Positions 1 to 11,662 of a DNA stretch of 64,000 nucleotides are shown piece after piece. The stretch covers positions 62,001-126,000 of the forward strand of contig JAMDHS010000013.1 in assembly GCA_029717555.1 (NCBI GenBank), given 5' to 3'. Below the pieces are notes generated by a model. It made no database searches and was not told the DNA's origin. It saw nothing but the letters and a program-made list of their open reading frames with translations. The position numbers and the translations under genes are program-made. The number at the start of each line of letters is the position of its first letter. Position 1 is the first letter of the stretch. The stretch comes from Peribolospora baueri (lineage: Eukaryota).

Positions 1-278
1 CACACTGGACCTCTCGGCGTGGATAGGGAATTCGAACAGCCGCCAGGCGGCTTCAGCGGCGCTATATCCTGTGGCGGAGAGCGAAGAGCAAATTGAAAAC
101 GGCGTGTCTGTTGGCGCCAGGCTCCATCCACGCGGAGGGTGCCTTGTGTAGATCTCACCTCCTCTGCGTCCTTCGCCTTGCCCTTGCCCTTGCCTTCCAT
201 GGCTCCGTCTTTCTCCTTGCCCGCCTTGCGCGACTCGTCCGGTAGCGACGGCGACTGAGAATAAGCTACTGCCGACAT
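1..278 (-). CDS. 5' part of an unidentified gene running off the window start
   Basis: ATG at 278 (minus) gives MSAVAYSQSPSLPDESRKAGKEKDGAMEGKGKGKAKDAEE, then a GTGAGA...CCACAG intron-like segment and an open frame to position 1; divergent from aconitase. Confidence 0.45.
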   Translation of the reverse strand, partial: MSAVAYSQSPSLPDESRKAGKEKDGAMEGKGKGKAKDAEEVRSTQGTLRVDGAWRQQTRRFQFALRSPPQDIAPLKPPGGCSNSLSTPRGPV

Positions 279-1020
279 GGTAAGAGGTTCGAACACCGGA
301 CGCAACAGACCCGGGCGCGCTCGCTCGACCTATATAACAGTCCAGCTGGACCGGCCATGATTGTGACGCCGTGAGGCCAGCATGTCCTATCGCCACAGAC
401 GCGCGCGCGCGGAGGGAGGGTAGTAACACTTCGGGCCGAAATTCCCACGAAAACGATCCGAACTTAATTTTTCCAACGAACATCTTGTATATATCAGATA
501 GACAGGGTTGACTGTACATTGTTCTTCCAGAGCTGGCTGGTCCGAGTAGCGCCTAGCCTGTCCTTCCCGACGCGGCCCCGCACCCTCCTCGCTCGCTCGT
601 TTGGGAAGGAAGGGCATCTTGCGAGCGGCGAAGGTGGGCTGACCGGCGAGGGAGAAGCCGGGAGTGTCGCAATCACGAGGCAAGCGCCGGGCGGGGATAG
701 CCGGGTGGCAGAGTGCGAGGGCGGAAAAGAGCCCCGCCCCGGCCCCATGGGGGGCGCATCGCCGCATAACGCCGCTTGCGCCCGCCGGCCGGACAAAACG
801 CTCGTCTTGGATTGGCTGGATGGCTGCGGCAAGCTGGCGAGGGCGAGGGAGAGAGGCCGGCCGGCAAGCGCCGAGATCGGAGAGAGCGGGATCGAGTTTT
901 CACCGGCGGCGGTCATCATCATCAACCACGACGGTCACCACCACCCCGTCTTTCGTCTCTCTCTTCCTCCTACCCTCCTCTGCGCTCAGCCTTCCCACTC
1001 CTCATCGCATACCCCCCATC

Positions 1021-4000
1021 ATGCTTGCCTCGCGTGCTCTGCGCGCCACCACCCAGGCCGGCCGCGTCGCCGCCGGCCGCACCGCCGCTCGCGCCTTTGC
1101 CACGGTCGCCGAGGACGTGTCGCCCGTGACGGGCAAGCTCTCCGACCGAAAGGTGGACATGAGCAACCTCGAGAAGGGTCAGGGCAAGTACATCAACTAC
1201 CAGCGGATAGAGGATAACCTCAAGGTTGTCCGTCAGAGGTGCGCCCCGCCGTCTTCGTCTTCGCCTTGGCCCCTTTCCCCCGTCCATCCGTTCGGTTACT
1301 CGTCGTCGGCGTGGCTTCTTGGACACGGCTGACCACGCGACCCGCTCTTTTGTTCTTTTGTTCTTTTCGTTCTTCCCCCCGATCTTCCGGCCTCTTGCGC
1401 CATCGCAGGCTCAACCGACCTCTCACCCTCTCCGAGAAGATCGTCTACGGTCACCTTGACAACCCTCACGAGCAGGACATCGAGAGGGGCACGTCCTACC
1501 TCAAGCTCCGACCGGACGTGCGTTTCTCGTCTCTCTCTTCTTCGCCCCTCGTTTCCACTCTCAGGCTTGCGTATTCAACCATTCCGTGCTGATGTCTCCC
1601 TCGCCCTTTTCACCGCATCTCCATTCCACTCACAGCGCGTCGCCTGCCAGGATGCCACCGCCCAGATGGCCCTTTTGCAGTTCATGTCCGCCGGCCTGCC
1701 CGAGGTGGCCGTCCCCACCACCGTCCATTGCGACCACCTTATCGAGGCACAGGTCGGCGGTGCCAAGGACTTGGCCAGGGCGATCGAAATTAACAAGGAG
1801 GTCTACGACTTCCTCGCCACTTGCACTGCCAAGGTGAGCAGCTGAGCCCTCGAGGCTGCGCGCGATGGGGCGGCCCGACATCGACTGAGACCCCCCGCTC
1901 TGTCCATTCTCTCAGTACGGCATCGGCTTCTGGAAGCCGGGTTCGGGTATCATCCACCAGATCTTGCTTGAGAACTACGCCTTCCCCGGCGGTCTCATGA
2001 TTGGTACCGACTCGCACACCCCCAACGCCGGTGGTCTCGGCATGGTTGCCTGCGGTGTCGGTGGCGCTGACGCTGTCGACGTCATGGCCAACCTGCCCTG
2101 GGAGCTCAAGTGCCCCAAGGTGATCGGCGTCAACCTGACCGGCCAGCTCTCCGGCTGGACCGCGCCCAAGGACATTATCCTCAAGGTCGCCGGCATTCTC
2201 ACCGTCAAGGGCGGCACCGGCGCTATCGTCGAGTACAAGGGCCCCGGCGTTGACTCGCTCTCGGCCACCGGTATGGGCACCATCTGCAACATGGGCGCCG
2301 AAATCGGCGCCACCACGTCCGTCTTCCCTTACAACGAGCGCATGGGCGACTACCTCCGGGCGACCAAGCGCTCCGAGATCGCCAACTACGCCAAGGCGTT
2401 CCAGAGCAACCTTCTCCCCGACAAGAACGCCGAGTACGACCAGCACATCGAGATCAACCTGTCGGAGCTCGAGCCCCACATCAACGGCCCCTTCACTCCC
2501 GACCTTGCCACGCCGCTCTCCCAGTTTGCCGCCGAGGTGAAGAAGAACGACTGGCCGCGCGAGCTGACCGTCGGCCTCATCGGCTCGTGCACCAACTCGT
2601 CGTACGAGGACATGTCCCGCGCCGCCTCGATCGCCAAGGAGGCCCTCGACCACGGCGTCAAGGTCAAGTCCAAGTTCACCGTCACTCCCGGTTCCGAGCA
2701 GATCCGCGCCACGATCGAGCGCGACGGCCAGGTGGAGACGCTCTCCCAGGCCGGTGGTGTCGTCCTCGCCAACGCTTGTGGTCCTTGCATCGGCCAGTGG
2801 GACAGGCAGGACGTGAAGAAGGGCGAGAAGAACTCGATCATCACGTCCTACAACCGCAACTTTACGGGCCGCAACGACGCCAACCCGGCGACGCACGCCT
2901 TTGTCGCCTCGCCTGACCTCGTCACCGCCATGGTCTTTGCCGGCGACTTGACCTTCAACCCGATGACCGACACGCTCACCGGCGCCGATGGCAAGCCGTT
3001 CAAGTTCAGCGACCCCGCCGGCATCGAGCTCCCCGTCAAGGGCTATGACGCTGGTGAGAACACGTACCAGGGGCCCCCGCAGGACCGCGAGTCGGTCCAG
3101 GTGGCCATCGACCCGCAGAGCAAGCGCCTGCAGTACCTCGCGCCGTTCGAGGCGTGGGACGGCAAAGACCCTGAGGACCTTCCGATCCTCATCAAGGTCA
3201 AGGGCAAGTGCACCACCGACCACATCTCCGCCGGCGGTCCCTGGCTCAAGTACCGCGGCCACCTGCAGAACATTTCGCAGAACTGCCTCATCGGAGCGAT
3301 CAACTCCGCCAACGGCAAGGCCAACGAGGTGCAGAACCAGATCACCGGCGAGTGGGGCGCCGTTCCAGCCGTCGCCGAGTACTACCGCGACCAGGCGAAG
3401 ACCAAGTGGGTCGTCATCGGCGACGACAAGTGAGTGCGGAATTTCTTGTTTTCCTCGTGGTTTTTTCTTTTCTTTTCTTTTCTGTGCTGACATGTGCTTT
3501 CCCTCACCTCGCCAGCTACGGAGAGGGCTCCAGCCGTGAGCACGCCGCCTTGGAGCCTCGGTACCTCGGTAAGTTTTGCGCGCATCCGTCGGGGCAAGTC
3601 GTTGCGGGCTGTCGCTGACTGCTCGCTTGTTCCCCCGTCCGACAGGCGCTCGCGCCATCATCACCAAGAGCTTTGCCCGTATCCACGAGACCAACCTCAA
3701 GAAGCAGGGCCTCTTGCCCTTGACCTTTGTCGAGGCCGCTGACTATGACAAGGTGAGCTTGAGTCGCGGTCTTCGTCGTCTCTGCTTCGCTACCGCATCG
3801 CTCACTTCCCTCCCCGACTTCGCGCCACCAGATCCAGCCCACGGACAAGGTCACCCTTAAGAACGTGACCAAGATCGCCCCCGGCAGCACCGTCACGCTC
3901 GTCGCCAAGCACCAGGATGGTGAGTCACCTTGGCCTTGGACTTCTCGGCCGCCGTCCGCCCGCGTCCTCGAGCTGACCCGCCGTCGCCCCTTTGCTCGCT

Positions 4001-4193
4001 GTCTCAGGCTCGGTCGACGAGATCCCACTTACGCACACGATGAACGAGGGCCAGAGTGAGTTTTCCTTTATTTTTTTCCGCGAGGCGTGCCGCGAGACGT
4101 GCCTCTCAACGTTTTTGCGTTCCCCCCTTCCCAGTCGAGTGGTTCAAGTACGGTTCGGCGCTCAACAAGATGGCTCGCCAGGCCGGCCACTAA
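1021..4193 (+). CDS. ACO1: Mitochondrial aconitate hydratase (multi-exon)
   Basis: Presequence-like [15 protein letters not shown]; motifs [74 protein letters not shown]; ends [20 protein letters not shown]; canonical GT-AG introns. Confidence 0.97.
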
Positions 4194-5051
4194 CGTTCCT
4201 TTCTGTCTTCTCGCCCGTCGCATCCTGTTGTCCTCGTGCATACGTGTACGTACCGTCGTCGTTCCCTCCCATCCCGTCCCGTCCGCCGTTCTTGCCTCGT
4301 CTGTCTGTTCCCGTCTATTATTCTGTCGTGACGGAGAAAAGGAATCCAAACCCGGATGTTCCGTCTATCCCCCCCGCTCGGCGGCGCGAAATGCGCGGCC
4401 CGGCCCGCCGGCAGGCTCAACTTGAGTTCAGCTGCGAGCCTTCTTTTTACGCTTTCGTGGCCGCACTCCTTCCGATCGTTCGTTCCTCGTCACCGGGGGG
4501 GGTGGGGGGTTGCACTCGTCCCGTCCCGCACGACCCGATACGATAGATAGAGCCGTCCTACGGTTCGTTCCTCTTCGTCTCTACCCCGCGTCCCGTGTCG
4601 GCATTCGGTCGCATCCTCGACCGTCCAGCGTGCGTGTGGTTGGCCGTGACGGACAAGACGCTAGGACCGACTCAGCCCTAGAGAGAGGGGAGGGTTAGAT
4701 GACTCGACCAGTTATAGTTGTCTTTTCCCAGCGAAGTGCAACCCGGCTTCAAATTGGACAGAAAGAACACAGAACTGGGAGAAGATCTGGGCTCGCCGGG
4801 CCGAAGGAAGTACAATGGAAATGGGTAGTCCTTTTACACCCTACAGGAGGAATGGGGACTGCCATTGTAGAATAATAATATTCTTTCAGTACCATCCCAT
4901 CCTAGAGCCATCGCCTCCGGCTTATATCGAAATGGATGAGTGAACCTTTCTCAACCCGCATCTCGAACCCTAACTAATGATGCAAAAGTATGCCGCAGCT
5001 ACCGCAAGTTCAAGCTATAAATGCCGCGAGGATAAAAAAGATCCAAAAAAG

Positions 5052-5146
5052 CACACCCTGTGGGGATCGAACCCACGATCGCCGCCTCGCCGGCGGAGTG
5101 GTACTCCTTATAGGAGGGCGGCGCCTTACCACTGGGCCAAGGGTGC
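5052..5146 (-). tRNA. tRNA-Arg(CCT) with intron
   Basis: Minus strand folds as acceptor GCACCCT/AGGGTGT, D arm GCCCAGTGGTAAGGC, anticodon stem CCGCC/GGCGG with CT-CCT-A, ~23-nt intron after position 37, T arm GTGGG-TTCGATC-CCCAC; T6 Pol III terminator follows. Confidence 0.9.
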
Positions 5147-5592
5147 CTTTGTTGAAACGAAGGTTTAAAGTCGCATACAAATACACGAACCTAATTGAGG
5201 CAGACCTCAGTTTATCACCCGCTCATTACCTCGCCCACCTCGTGACGTTCTTTCACGCTTGGAGAACGTGCATTTCCGTCTATTACTGTGCGCCTCCCCT
5301 TTTCTCCTCTTTTCGGTACGAGCCCCACGCCTACCACTTTGTTTCTTCACTTGCCGTGACGCCAATTAGCCATCATACCGTACATGTCCTTGCCGTCGTC
5401 TGCGGATGTTCGCACTTGGCCCGTGCGACGCATCGAACATCAAGCGCTCGTGGTTGGTCAGTGGTCCGGCGTCGCGGGGAGCCTACCTGGTTGCGACAGC
5501 GATGGCGTCCGTGCCCTCAGCATGACGTGCGTTGAGTGTCGGTCCTGTGCCAGCAAGGTGTGCATCACCACGCGTACGAACAAGTGTGGAAA

Positions 5593-5694
5593 TGCAAAAA
5601 GTAAAAAACAATGCGTAAACCGGAAATCGAACCTCTCGTTCGTGCGCGTGGAGGTGCAAAAAGTAAAAAAATGCGTAAACCGGGAATCGAACCC
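5593..5694. repeat. Imperfect ~40-bp direct repeat duplicating the tRNA-Gly 3' end and terminator
   Basis: tgcaaaaagtaaaaaacaatgcgtaaaccggaaatcgaacc (5593-5633) versus tgcaaaaagtaaaaaaatgcgtaaaccgggaatcgaaccc (5655-5694). Confidence 0.9.
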
Positions 5695-5762
5695 GGGGCA
5701 GAGCCAAAGCTACCAGGGAAACCCCGTGGGAAGACTCTATGTTACCATTACACCATTCACGC
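5672..5762 (-). tRNA. tRNA-Gly(CCC) with intron
   Basis: Acceptor GCGTGAA/TTTACGC, D arm GTGTAATGGTAACAT, anticodon stem GAGTC/GGCTC with TT-CCC-A, ~20-nt intron, T arm CCGGG-TTCGATT-CCCGG; oligo-T terminator follows. Confidence 0.9.
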
Positions 5763-6554
5763 TACAACATATTACATCCACTTCACATCGCGCCACCTCA
5801 CATTAGACGACGCGACCGAAAGAAGAAGCGTGTGCAGAAAAGAATTGTCGAAGATCGGTTTGTTTACGCTGCTCGTTGACATGTTCTTCGAAAGAGATGG
5901 TAAACGCGGACAAGCACCCACGTGTAGTAATGTTAGAACTGACGGTGGATGGACGAAAGTGGATGTTAGTGGTTCGTTATTGTTAAGAGAGCATACAAAA
6001 GAGGAAAACGAGAGGTAGAGGGAGACGGGCAGAACTAGCCGCAGTAACACAGTCGCCTACATAGTCATGTCCGCTTTCAGCCGCGTAACCACGGTGCTCG
6101 TCGCCGCCAATCTCCAACACCACGAGGATGCACGTGACCTTCAACCCATGACTATGCATGCCGAGGGGGCACTGGTAAGGACGGCGCCGGTGTCAGTGCT
6201 ATGCAATATGCGGGTATGTTAGTATGCATAACCAGTGTTTTGGCTGGGATTAGTCAATTTTTGGCTGGGGACAAGCGGGAAAGGGAGATCGCTATGCACT
6301 ATGCGAAGGCATACCTAGGGACCCGTATGCTAACAGACAAGTTTGACTGTATCTCAATGTTCACTACAACCGTGGACTTTACAAGATTTCGCGTGAAGGA
6401 ATACTACAACACCGCCAACTGTAGTCGCACCGCCAACTCTGCCAAAACCGCCGCTTATCATTGTACTCACAACGACGGTAAATCGGACCAGTGAAACAGC
6501 TCCTCCACCTTCCCGCCGATGAAGCGGTAGAGGGCACTCCCCTCGAAGAAGGCA

Positions 6555-8100
6555 TCATGAAGGAGAGCACGCTTCATGACGGTGGGCAGGGCGGCGAAGG
6601 ACTCCAGGCGACGGCCCCAACGCGACTCGTGCGGGGCTGTGGTCTTGCACGACCCCAGCGTGCGCGACCCAGCGTCGTAGGGCTGATGCTGGTAGGTGAC
6701 CCTTCTTGGGACGTATTGCCACAGAGACGAAGTTACAGGGCACAGGATGCCGGCAGCTCACCCATTCCGGCCGACGAAGAGGGGGGAAAGCGGGACGATG
6801 AGGGGGGAAAGCGAACAGCGGGGAGAAGAACATCTCCGCGATGCTGGCGATGCGCCAATCGCCGAGGGTGGTGTGGCCCGCCCCGTACCGCGCGCCTGAG
6901 TCGCCCGGCTCGGCCTGTCGCCGGATGATGAGGTCCAGGGCCTGGACCCGCTTCCAGAGAGCCAGGCGCACGGCCGAGTCCGCCGCGTCCTCGTCTTCGC
7001 GGAGCCAGAAGACGCGAAGACCGTCGAAGTCGATCCCGCCGCTCCGGAGGTCCTCGATCTCGTCGTCGGTTAGTTGTTCGATAACGTCTTCTGCCTTGAC
7101 ACCCTCAATGGCGCCAAGATTGACGCGGTCTCCTATGTCAGGCGCGAGGAGGAGGTCGCTAGGATAGAGAAGGAACCCCACGTTGAGATCCTTAGCCCCA
7201 ATGCCTCACCACCTTCTAGAACTATGTTTTGTCTGACAATAGCCCAGAAAGGCATAGTCACATGAAGGGGCGGAGCAGCGCATCGAAAAGAACGCCTTTT
7301 GCGTGTCGATGCGATCCTCAGAAACGCCTGGCAGCTTCGCCAGCCGCCGAGATGCCGACTGCGGGCAGCGGACCTTTATTTGTGGGTCCGCAAATCCAGC
7401 CGCTCGTCGTGGCTTGGGACAGCCGGTCCAGCTGGTCTAGGCGGCGCCGGAGGGCTTCGAAAGCGATCATATGATCGCTGTATCCCTAGCAAAAGCCGCG
7501 ACCGCGCCTCCTGAGCCTCGGTCGGGGTCGCGGTACCACGGGGCCCACGGCGTGGGCCACAGCCGCCTCCACGGCTCCCAATACTGCTCACCGATCTTAT
7601 GAGGTTGGTGTCGGTGGGTATCGCCAACAGCCAGTTGCGCCAAAGATCGGCGCCCGGCTCCATGCCCATGTAAACGACGCGGCCGACGCTCTACGGACGC
7701 CGCGGAGGTTTACAGCTTTGCACCATCACCAAAGCGGTCTCCGCTCGCTCTCGGCGAGGGTGCGTTCTGCGGCTTCGTCAGACTCGCCGGACCCTTCAGA
7801 CCAAGTCGGTGGGTTGACCCACTCGGAAAGGAGGTCGGTGACGCAGAGAGGTGAGAATAGTCTTCGGTCGCTTGCTTGCCTCGTCCGGTCGTCTCCTTGT
7901 CTGACAATTGTGGAACAACCCGCAGCCAACCTCCGCCACATCACGGCGCGCGGAGAGCCGTGCTCTTCGGAGAGGGTCGACCAGGTCAACGAGCTGGCAA
8001 GATTGGCCATGGAGGAGCGGGCCAGGGGGCTCTCCTTCGTCTCCGTGCCTTGCCCTAGCCGCATGAGCGACCGCAAAGAATCCTGCAAAGGGGGTTAGCA
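6555..8100 (-). pseudogene. Degenerate coding-like relic of unknown family
   Basis: Co-oriented protein-like minus-strand ORF pieces (6555-7181 ...EDVIEQLTDDEIEDLRSGGIDFDGLRVFWL...; 7376-7669; 7726-8088) separated by stops and frame changes; no recognisable domain. Confidence 0.3.
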
Positions 8101-8858
8101 TAATATCGGTCTGCCACTGGCAGCATCGTTCACCAGCAGTTCCCTAGCCATGGACAATGGATGAAGGCCGAGGAGAAGACAAACAAATACAAGATGATGG
8201 TATCGAACTGAACGGTGTCGCGAGAGAGTAGGGATATGCGAATCTAGGAACAATGAAGAATCACGTGACGACGGTAATACGACTGCATTTGTATTACAAT
8301 GGACAATTGCACATCAAGTCCACCCCAACGCCGCCAACCAGAGGGCGGTGATAGATGGCATTGAAGTTCCGACGAGCCTATAGACTGTTCGAGGCTTTGT
8401 AGGTGCATGACATCCCGCCCCAAAGCATTGGAGCATAGCGGTTGGGAATGTACCGCACTCTTCAAAGTTTACCAGACCGTCTGCGAGCGTCTACTCTTCG
8501 CGTTCAAGGAAGACCAGATTTGTATGTGAAATCTACTCGTTTTAATAGTGAAGGTTTACAGCTGTCCTTGACGATGTACGATTTCGATTTGGAGGGATAC
8601 AAATTTGTTTGAAGGGTTACATTGATCCGACTTGGAAGCTTCCGCGAAAAAGGTGGCAGGAATATAAATGCAGTCGTATTGCCGTTGTCACGTGGTCCTT
8701 CATTGGTTTTTAATTCTTCGCCGCCTCTCGCCCTTTAGGCATTGACTCGCCCTACGTGACGGCGAGGACAAACCCGGCCGGGCCGAAAGTCACAAGCCAA
8801 ATGAACCGCCGGCTTTCCATCGTCGCGACCACTCCGACCGACGTAGCCGTTCATCAAT

Positions 8859-8901
8859 CGACTCGACCCGACTCGACTTGACCCGATTCGACTCGACTCG
8901 G
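8859..8901. repeat. Degenerate pentamer microsatellite (CGACT/CGACC)n upstream of SLC1
   Basis: cgactcgacccgactcgacttgacccgattcgactcgactcgg. Confidence 0.8.
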
Positions 8902-9088
8902 TCAGCTCGTTCGCCGGTCTTCATTGGCTGACCCAACCGCTGCCCCCGCTCAGCCTCCGCCGTCGTCTCCTTCCGCCCTCTCCCTCGACCCCCACCGATC
9001 AAACCCCCCGGACCGGGCGGCCATGCTTGCTTTCTCTTCTTCTGCCTCCTCCGAGCACGAACCCCCCTCTACGTCCCTCCTCTGCACC

Positions 9089-10634
9089 ATGGGCCTCCTC
9101 GCCCGCCCGCTCGCCTACGCGGCTGGCCTCGGCTTTCTCGCGCTCACTCTCCTGAGCCCGCGATCAAGCCGAGCGCGCTTCTACCTCAACTCCTCCCTCT
9201 ACCTCTCCTCCCTCGGCGTCTGCTCCGTCTGGGGCGTCCTCGTCTCCATCTGGATGACCACCCTCCCCGGCCTCAGCAGGTTCAACATCAACTTGGTCAT
9301 CGCCCGCAGCTTTTACTTCCTCGCCGGCTCGCTCATCGGGTTCCGCTTCGAGGTCGAAGGCGAGGAGTACCTGGAGAAGAACCGGCCGTACGTCATGGTC
9401 GGCAACCATCAGAGCGGGATCGACATCTTGTACCTGGGAAGGATCTTCCCCGGCTATGCAAGCATCATGGCTAAGAAGGAGCTCAAGTACGCCCCCCTCT
9501 TGGGACAATATAGTCAGTCCGCCCTCTGATTTCTCGTTCGCTAGTAATGCCGCTCACATCCTTCTACTTCCACCAGTGACTCTTTCCGGCGCCGTCTTCA
9601 TCAACCGAAGGAACAAGGAGGACGCTGTCAAGACATTTGCTCGCGTGGGCGACGACATGAAGAGGAAAAAGGTGTGCCGTCGTCGCAGGCTCAACCGCCG
9701 CTACTCTCATGCTGACCGTCTCACTCGCTCCCCAACAGGTTTCCCTGTGGGTCTTTCCCGAAGGGACGCGCTCCAGTCTGCCCTACCCAGGACTCCTTCC
9801 GTTCAAGAAGGGCGCTTTCCACCTCGCCGTGCAAGCGCAGGTGCCCATCGTCCCTGTCGTGTGCGAGAACTACTGGCGCCTGTTCGATGGACGGTCCAGG
9901 TTCGAGGGCGGAACCATTCGGATCAAGGGTGAGTGGCGCGGGGGTGAAAATGCATTTCCCGGGCGCGAACGACCGCTGATTTACTCCCCTTGGCAGTCCT
10001 TGAGCCGATCTCGACCCAGGGTCTCACCGCCACAGATGTAAACTCTCTCACGGAGCGTGCGCGCAACGCCATGCTCGCCGCCCTCCAACAAATGGACGCT
10101 GACCGGGACGCCTTCGACTCCGCTCCGAAAACGCATAACTCTTCGCTCGGATCCACGTCTTCCATCGCCGCGCCGCCCACCAGCATCCGCCCGTACAAGT
10201 TGGGCGGCCTCGCCGGTTTGGCTAGCAAGATCGTCGGCACGAGCACAGGCAGCCTTCACGCCGTCGCACTGGCGGCCAAGACGGAGAGGGCGCGGTTGGA
10301 GGCGCAGCGACAGGGCAAGGACGGCTCGCCGCAAGAGTACGGGCTCTTGAGCGAGTCCGACGCCAAGGCCGAGGCCAAGACGCAGGGGACGACGCCACCA
10401 GGGAGTTCGGCAGCTTTGCCTGCCGATCGGGTAGCCGAAGATCGCGGCGTCGAGGCAGAGGGCGCGCGCGTGACGGACGCGGCCAGCGGCGAGACGCTCA
10501 GGAGGCGAAGAGACGGCAAGGAGGGAGGCAACAACGGCGGTGGCGACCGGCTGAGCTGGAGCGAGAACTCGTCCGAGGAGCTCGTCGACGAGGACGGCGC
10601 CGTCGTCGTCAAGAGGCCTTCCGGTCAAGCTTGA
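9089..10634 (+). CDS. SLC1: 1-acyl-sn-glycerol-3-phosphate acyltransferase (multi-exon; start may be 9023)
   Basis: PlsC motifs NHQSGID (HX4D), AKKELKYAPLLG, VFINR, FPEGTRS, PFKKGAFHLAVQAQVPIVPVV; N-terminal hydrophobic segments; long low-complexity C-terminal tail. Confidence 0.93.
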
Positions 10635-11662
10635 GTCGCGGCCGGGTTTCAATCTGGCACATCGACCTCCGTCTTGGCTTCCGTCACCTCGTTCTCCTGA
10701 TCGGACCGTTCACTTATTCCGGTCACCGAACCATATCCCTCGACTACCCCCTCTGACTGCCTCCGCACTCTTACTGTATGCGCTCCTTGGCCATTGCCGG
10801 GGCTATGATGTTGATGTCGTCCCTACCGTCGAAAATTTCCACATTCTCACTGTCGTCGTTCGTTCCATCTGTCAGCGCGCACACCATTCCCGCTTTCCCA
10901 CTTCCTCCCTTCCTCCTTACCCCTACTTTACCCCCCACCCCATGTCCTCAACGCTCCAGTGATGTTTCAGGAACGGATACGATCATGGCACCTGCGACCG
11001 CTTCGTTTCCTCGTCAGACGGTGTTCACTCCTTCACGGAAAAAGCCTCGCCGCCGTCTTGCCATTTACCGTACAGCCACAGCCTGAGCTTTAAACTGGCA
11101 TGTCGATTCTGGGTTCTTATGCGCTGATCACGGCATTAAGGGGTGAAGACTGCAAAGGCAAGACAGGGTCACCAACGTAGTCGTCGTGAACCAATTCTGA
11201 GAGTTCTCGGTCCAAGGTGAACATCCCAAGAAATGATCTCTGTGTAACGGAAAGAACGGCGGAAGGAGGTCCGTGCGGTGTGGACTTCTGGTCATGCATT
11301 ATAATCACGTGCCGACCTCCCGCTGGATGTACCGTTATGAGTGCCCCGCTCTGTGCTCTCCTGGTTCTGGGCAAACCATGATCAAGGAATCCAATCGGCA
11401 ACCACGATTTATGTATTAACAGCGCCAAGAAGCAGGCTCGAGGTAAAGGATCACCTAACCCCTAAGGATCACCAATAACGTCCCCTAACCCGATGCACGC
11501 GCCCCGGCTGCCGGTCCATTAACGCTCATTCCCTAGCTTGCGTGTCCCGATACTTGCGAGTTCTGTCTATGCAGGGATCAACCGTCGATCTACGTATCGT
11601 CTTCCCAGCCGAATCGTGCTCTACTGCCACACGGCACGCTCGTTCCCCCATCCAACCCGCGG

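Noticed and set aside
1790..3700. 636-aa minus-strand ORF (also 37467-38513, 33718-34296 and similar)
   Set aside because: Antisense shadows of strongly codon-biased genes (ACO1, FAA1, QCR2); no independent motifs
5593..5694. attL/attR of a tRNA-integrated island
   Set aside because: Repeats are only 62 bp apart and no integrase is nearby; kept only as a tandem duplication
6195..8120. hAT-type CAGTG...CACTG termini around the relic
   Set aside because: Inverted match does not extend beyond 5 bp and there is no 8-bp target-site duplication
11447..11491. Telomere-like CCCTAA motifs with a TAAGGATCACC direct repeat (also CTAACCCTAACC near 35266)
   Set aside because: Only one or two units each; too short to call interstitial telomeric sequence
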